Positions 62,067-64,000 of a stretch of 64,000 bases of DNA are shown one piece after another. Numbering within the stretch: the first letter of the stretch is position 1; each line of letters opens with the position of its first letter. Both the position numbers and the translations under genes were made by a program. Under the pieces are notes generated by a model. The model saw nothing but the letters and a program-made list of their open reading frames with translations, was not told the DNA's origin and did not search any database. Source of the stretch: Selaginella moellendorffii (taxonomy: Eukaryota; Plantae; Lycopodiophyta); contig NW_003314261.1 in the NCBI RefSeq assembly GCF_000143415.4, positions 6,050,822-6,114,821 on the forward strand. The letters run 5' to 3'.

Positions 62067-64000
62067 CTACAGCCATGGCGACTCCACCGGAGTCACAACC
62101 GACTTAACCTGGGAGTATTGGTACAAGACCTGCTTGCCATTTTCTCGTCCAATCCCACTCATCTTGTAGCCACCGAATGGAAGTGCCGGGTCGAAGACGT
62201 GGTAGCAATTGATCCACACCGTCCCGGCTCTCAAGGACCGCGTCAATCGGTTGGCCGAGTTGAGGTCCTTGGTTACTATCCCTGCCGCGAGACCATAGGC
62301 TGTGTCGTTGGCTCGTTGGATCACCTCGTCTATTGTTCTGGAAGGCGAGAAAAGTGTAAAGAAAGAAGTAGAATTCTCGAGAAAATCTAGTAAGTTTGAT
62401 TTGCTACCTGAATTTGAGTACCGACATCACCGGCCCGAAAATCTCTTCCCTGGCGATTCTCATGTAATCCTGCCGAGGCAATCAATCAGTTAGAAAGAAC
62501 ACCAAAAAAAAGAGGTGATAAAAGATCTCTTTTGCAAAGAGAGAATTGTGTTACCTCGACATCGGCAAAGATTGTTGGCTCGATGTAAAAACCGCGAGAA
62601 CCAATGCGGCACCCGCCAGTAACCAGCCTCGCTCCCTCGCGCTTTCCAATCTCCACGTAGCCAAGCACTCTGTCAAACTGTTGCTGGTCAACCTGTGCAA
62701 TCCACCGTGCTTAGTTTTCTTGCTATGAGCTCGCATTATAAATCTTTCGTACCACAGGCCCGTGATCGACGCCACTTTGGAAGGAGTCACCTGTCACCCG
62801 TCTCTTTGCACGGTCTGCAGCCTTTCTCAAAAACTCGTCGTAGATACCTTCCTGGACAAATACACGAGACCCCGCCACGCAGCACTGGCCCTGAAATTCC
62901 CGCTTGTAAATCCAAAGGCACCGACGAAAGGCCCGACGAAAGAACCGACGAAAGAACTGTTGACGATAACTTACCACATTAAAGAAGAGCGCTAAATGTG
63001 CTAGCTCGACAGCTACATCAACATCTGCATCGTCCAGTACTATCATGGGGGACTTCCCTCCCAGTTCCAGACTGACGGCCTTGAGGTTGCTCTTCGCAGC
63101 TGCCTCCATGACAAGTTTTCCCACGTCCGTCGAGCCGGTGAATGCAATCTGCAACACGATATCCTTGTGAGCGCCCGAGAGAAACCCGAAGTTTCCATTC
63201 GTTACCTTGTCCACATCGTTGTGACTAGAGATAGCAGCTCCCGCCGTTGGGCCGAAGCCAGAGAGGATGTTCAGGACGCCGGGAGGCAATCCAGCCTGCA
63301 GCACAGATTCACGAACTCCAGTAAGAGATCAACAGCACAAACGAGAAAATCTACAGACCTCCTTCAGCAGGCTTGCACAAAAGAGAGCACTCAAGGGAGT
63401 CTGCTCGGCAGTCTTCAAGACAATTGTGTTGCCAGCAGCAAGCGCGGGGCTGATTTTCAAGAAAAACATGATGAGCGGGAAGTTCCATGGGATGATCTGG
63501 CCCACGACACCAATCGGCTCGAGAAGAGTGTACGCGTGGTAAGGCCCATCGATTTTCACGGTCTTGCCACAGATTTTGTCAGCGAAACCTGTACAAGGAG
63601 CTCAGGCTCTTTACCGTTTAGAGTGTAGCATTCTACCTGCGAACGAACGAAGAAGCCGAAGGGCCATTGGCAAGTCCACATACTTCACCAGGTCCAATGG
63701 CTTTCCATTGTCCAGAGTCTCGAGTGCTGCGAGCTCGTCAAAATGATGCTCCAACAAATCCGCAAACTTGAGAAGGATTCGCCCCCTGGCCTGAGACAAA
63801 GCGAAGCGAGAATACCCATCAGACAACATAGACTAAACATTCTACTCACATATCCAGACAGTCTGGGCCAGGGCCCATGATCAAAAGCTTTTCGAGCGGC
63901 CTTCACGGCGACATCAACATCCTGCTTATCTGCCTCGGCTACTTTCGAGATCACTTCTCCATTCCGGGGATCCAAAGTTTCGAAAGTCCTTCCTGTAAAG
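62067..64000 (-). CDS. ALDH2: Aldehyde dehydrogenase family 2, multi-exon, 5' end outside the window
   Basis: [45 protein letters not shown] (catalytic Glu), GQCCVAGS (catalytic Cys), EEIFGPV-like motif, [17 protein letters not shown]. Confidence 0.95.

Noticed and set aside
62920-62955. CCGACGAAAG x3 repeat in ALDH2
   Set aside because: A small intronic tandem duplication with no sign of function.

Overview
Eukaryotic plant genomic DNA. The gene-dense islands have very short introns (about 47-70 nt) and tiny intergenic gaps, which suggests a compact-genome land plant such as a Selaginella-type lycophyte (inference). 1-12.6 kb: AT-rich, CpG-poor, repeat- or TE-like DNA with a microsatellite, a tandem array and an N gap. 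12.8-41.2 kb: a run of apparently intact genes: SPL (SBP-box/ankyrin class), RPB3, a chromodomain-only gene, HHP/PAQR, STIG1-like, ARV1, ispD/MCT, an unknown protein, BUD23, DRP1, PARP3-like, tRNA-Trp, a GT17 GlcNAc-transferase and TPT. A decayed hAT element with an adjacent mutated SBP-box fragment interrupts this run. 42.4-51.5 kb: a scrambled, intron-retaining patchwork of copies of neighbouring genes (BUD23, ispD, unknown, ARV1, ALDH2, PARP3, DRP1) in both orientations. It contains an apparently intact 7-exon chimeric ORF: a DRP1-like intron, an unknown N-terminal region, a METAXIN-like core and an in-frame PARP3 exon-1 tail. 52-56 kb: orphan genes and a highly divergent, intronless proteasome-beta/Ntn-protease-like ORF. 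56.3-60 kb: AT-rich repeats. Then an inverted, decaying METAXIN-like paralog and an ALDH2 gene cut by the window end. All gene models and fragment boundaries were built by eye; fragment coordinates are approximate.
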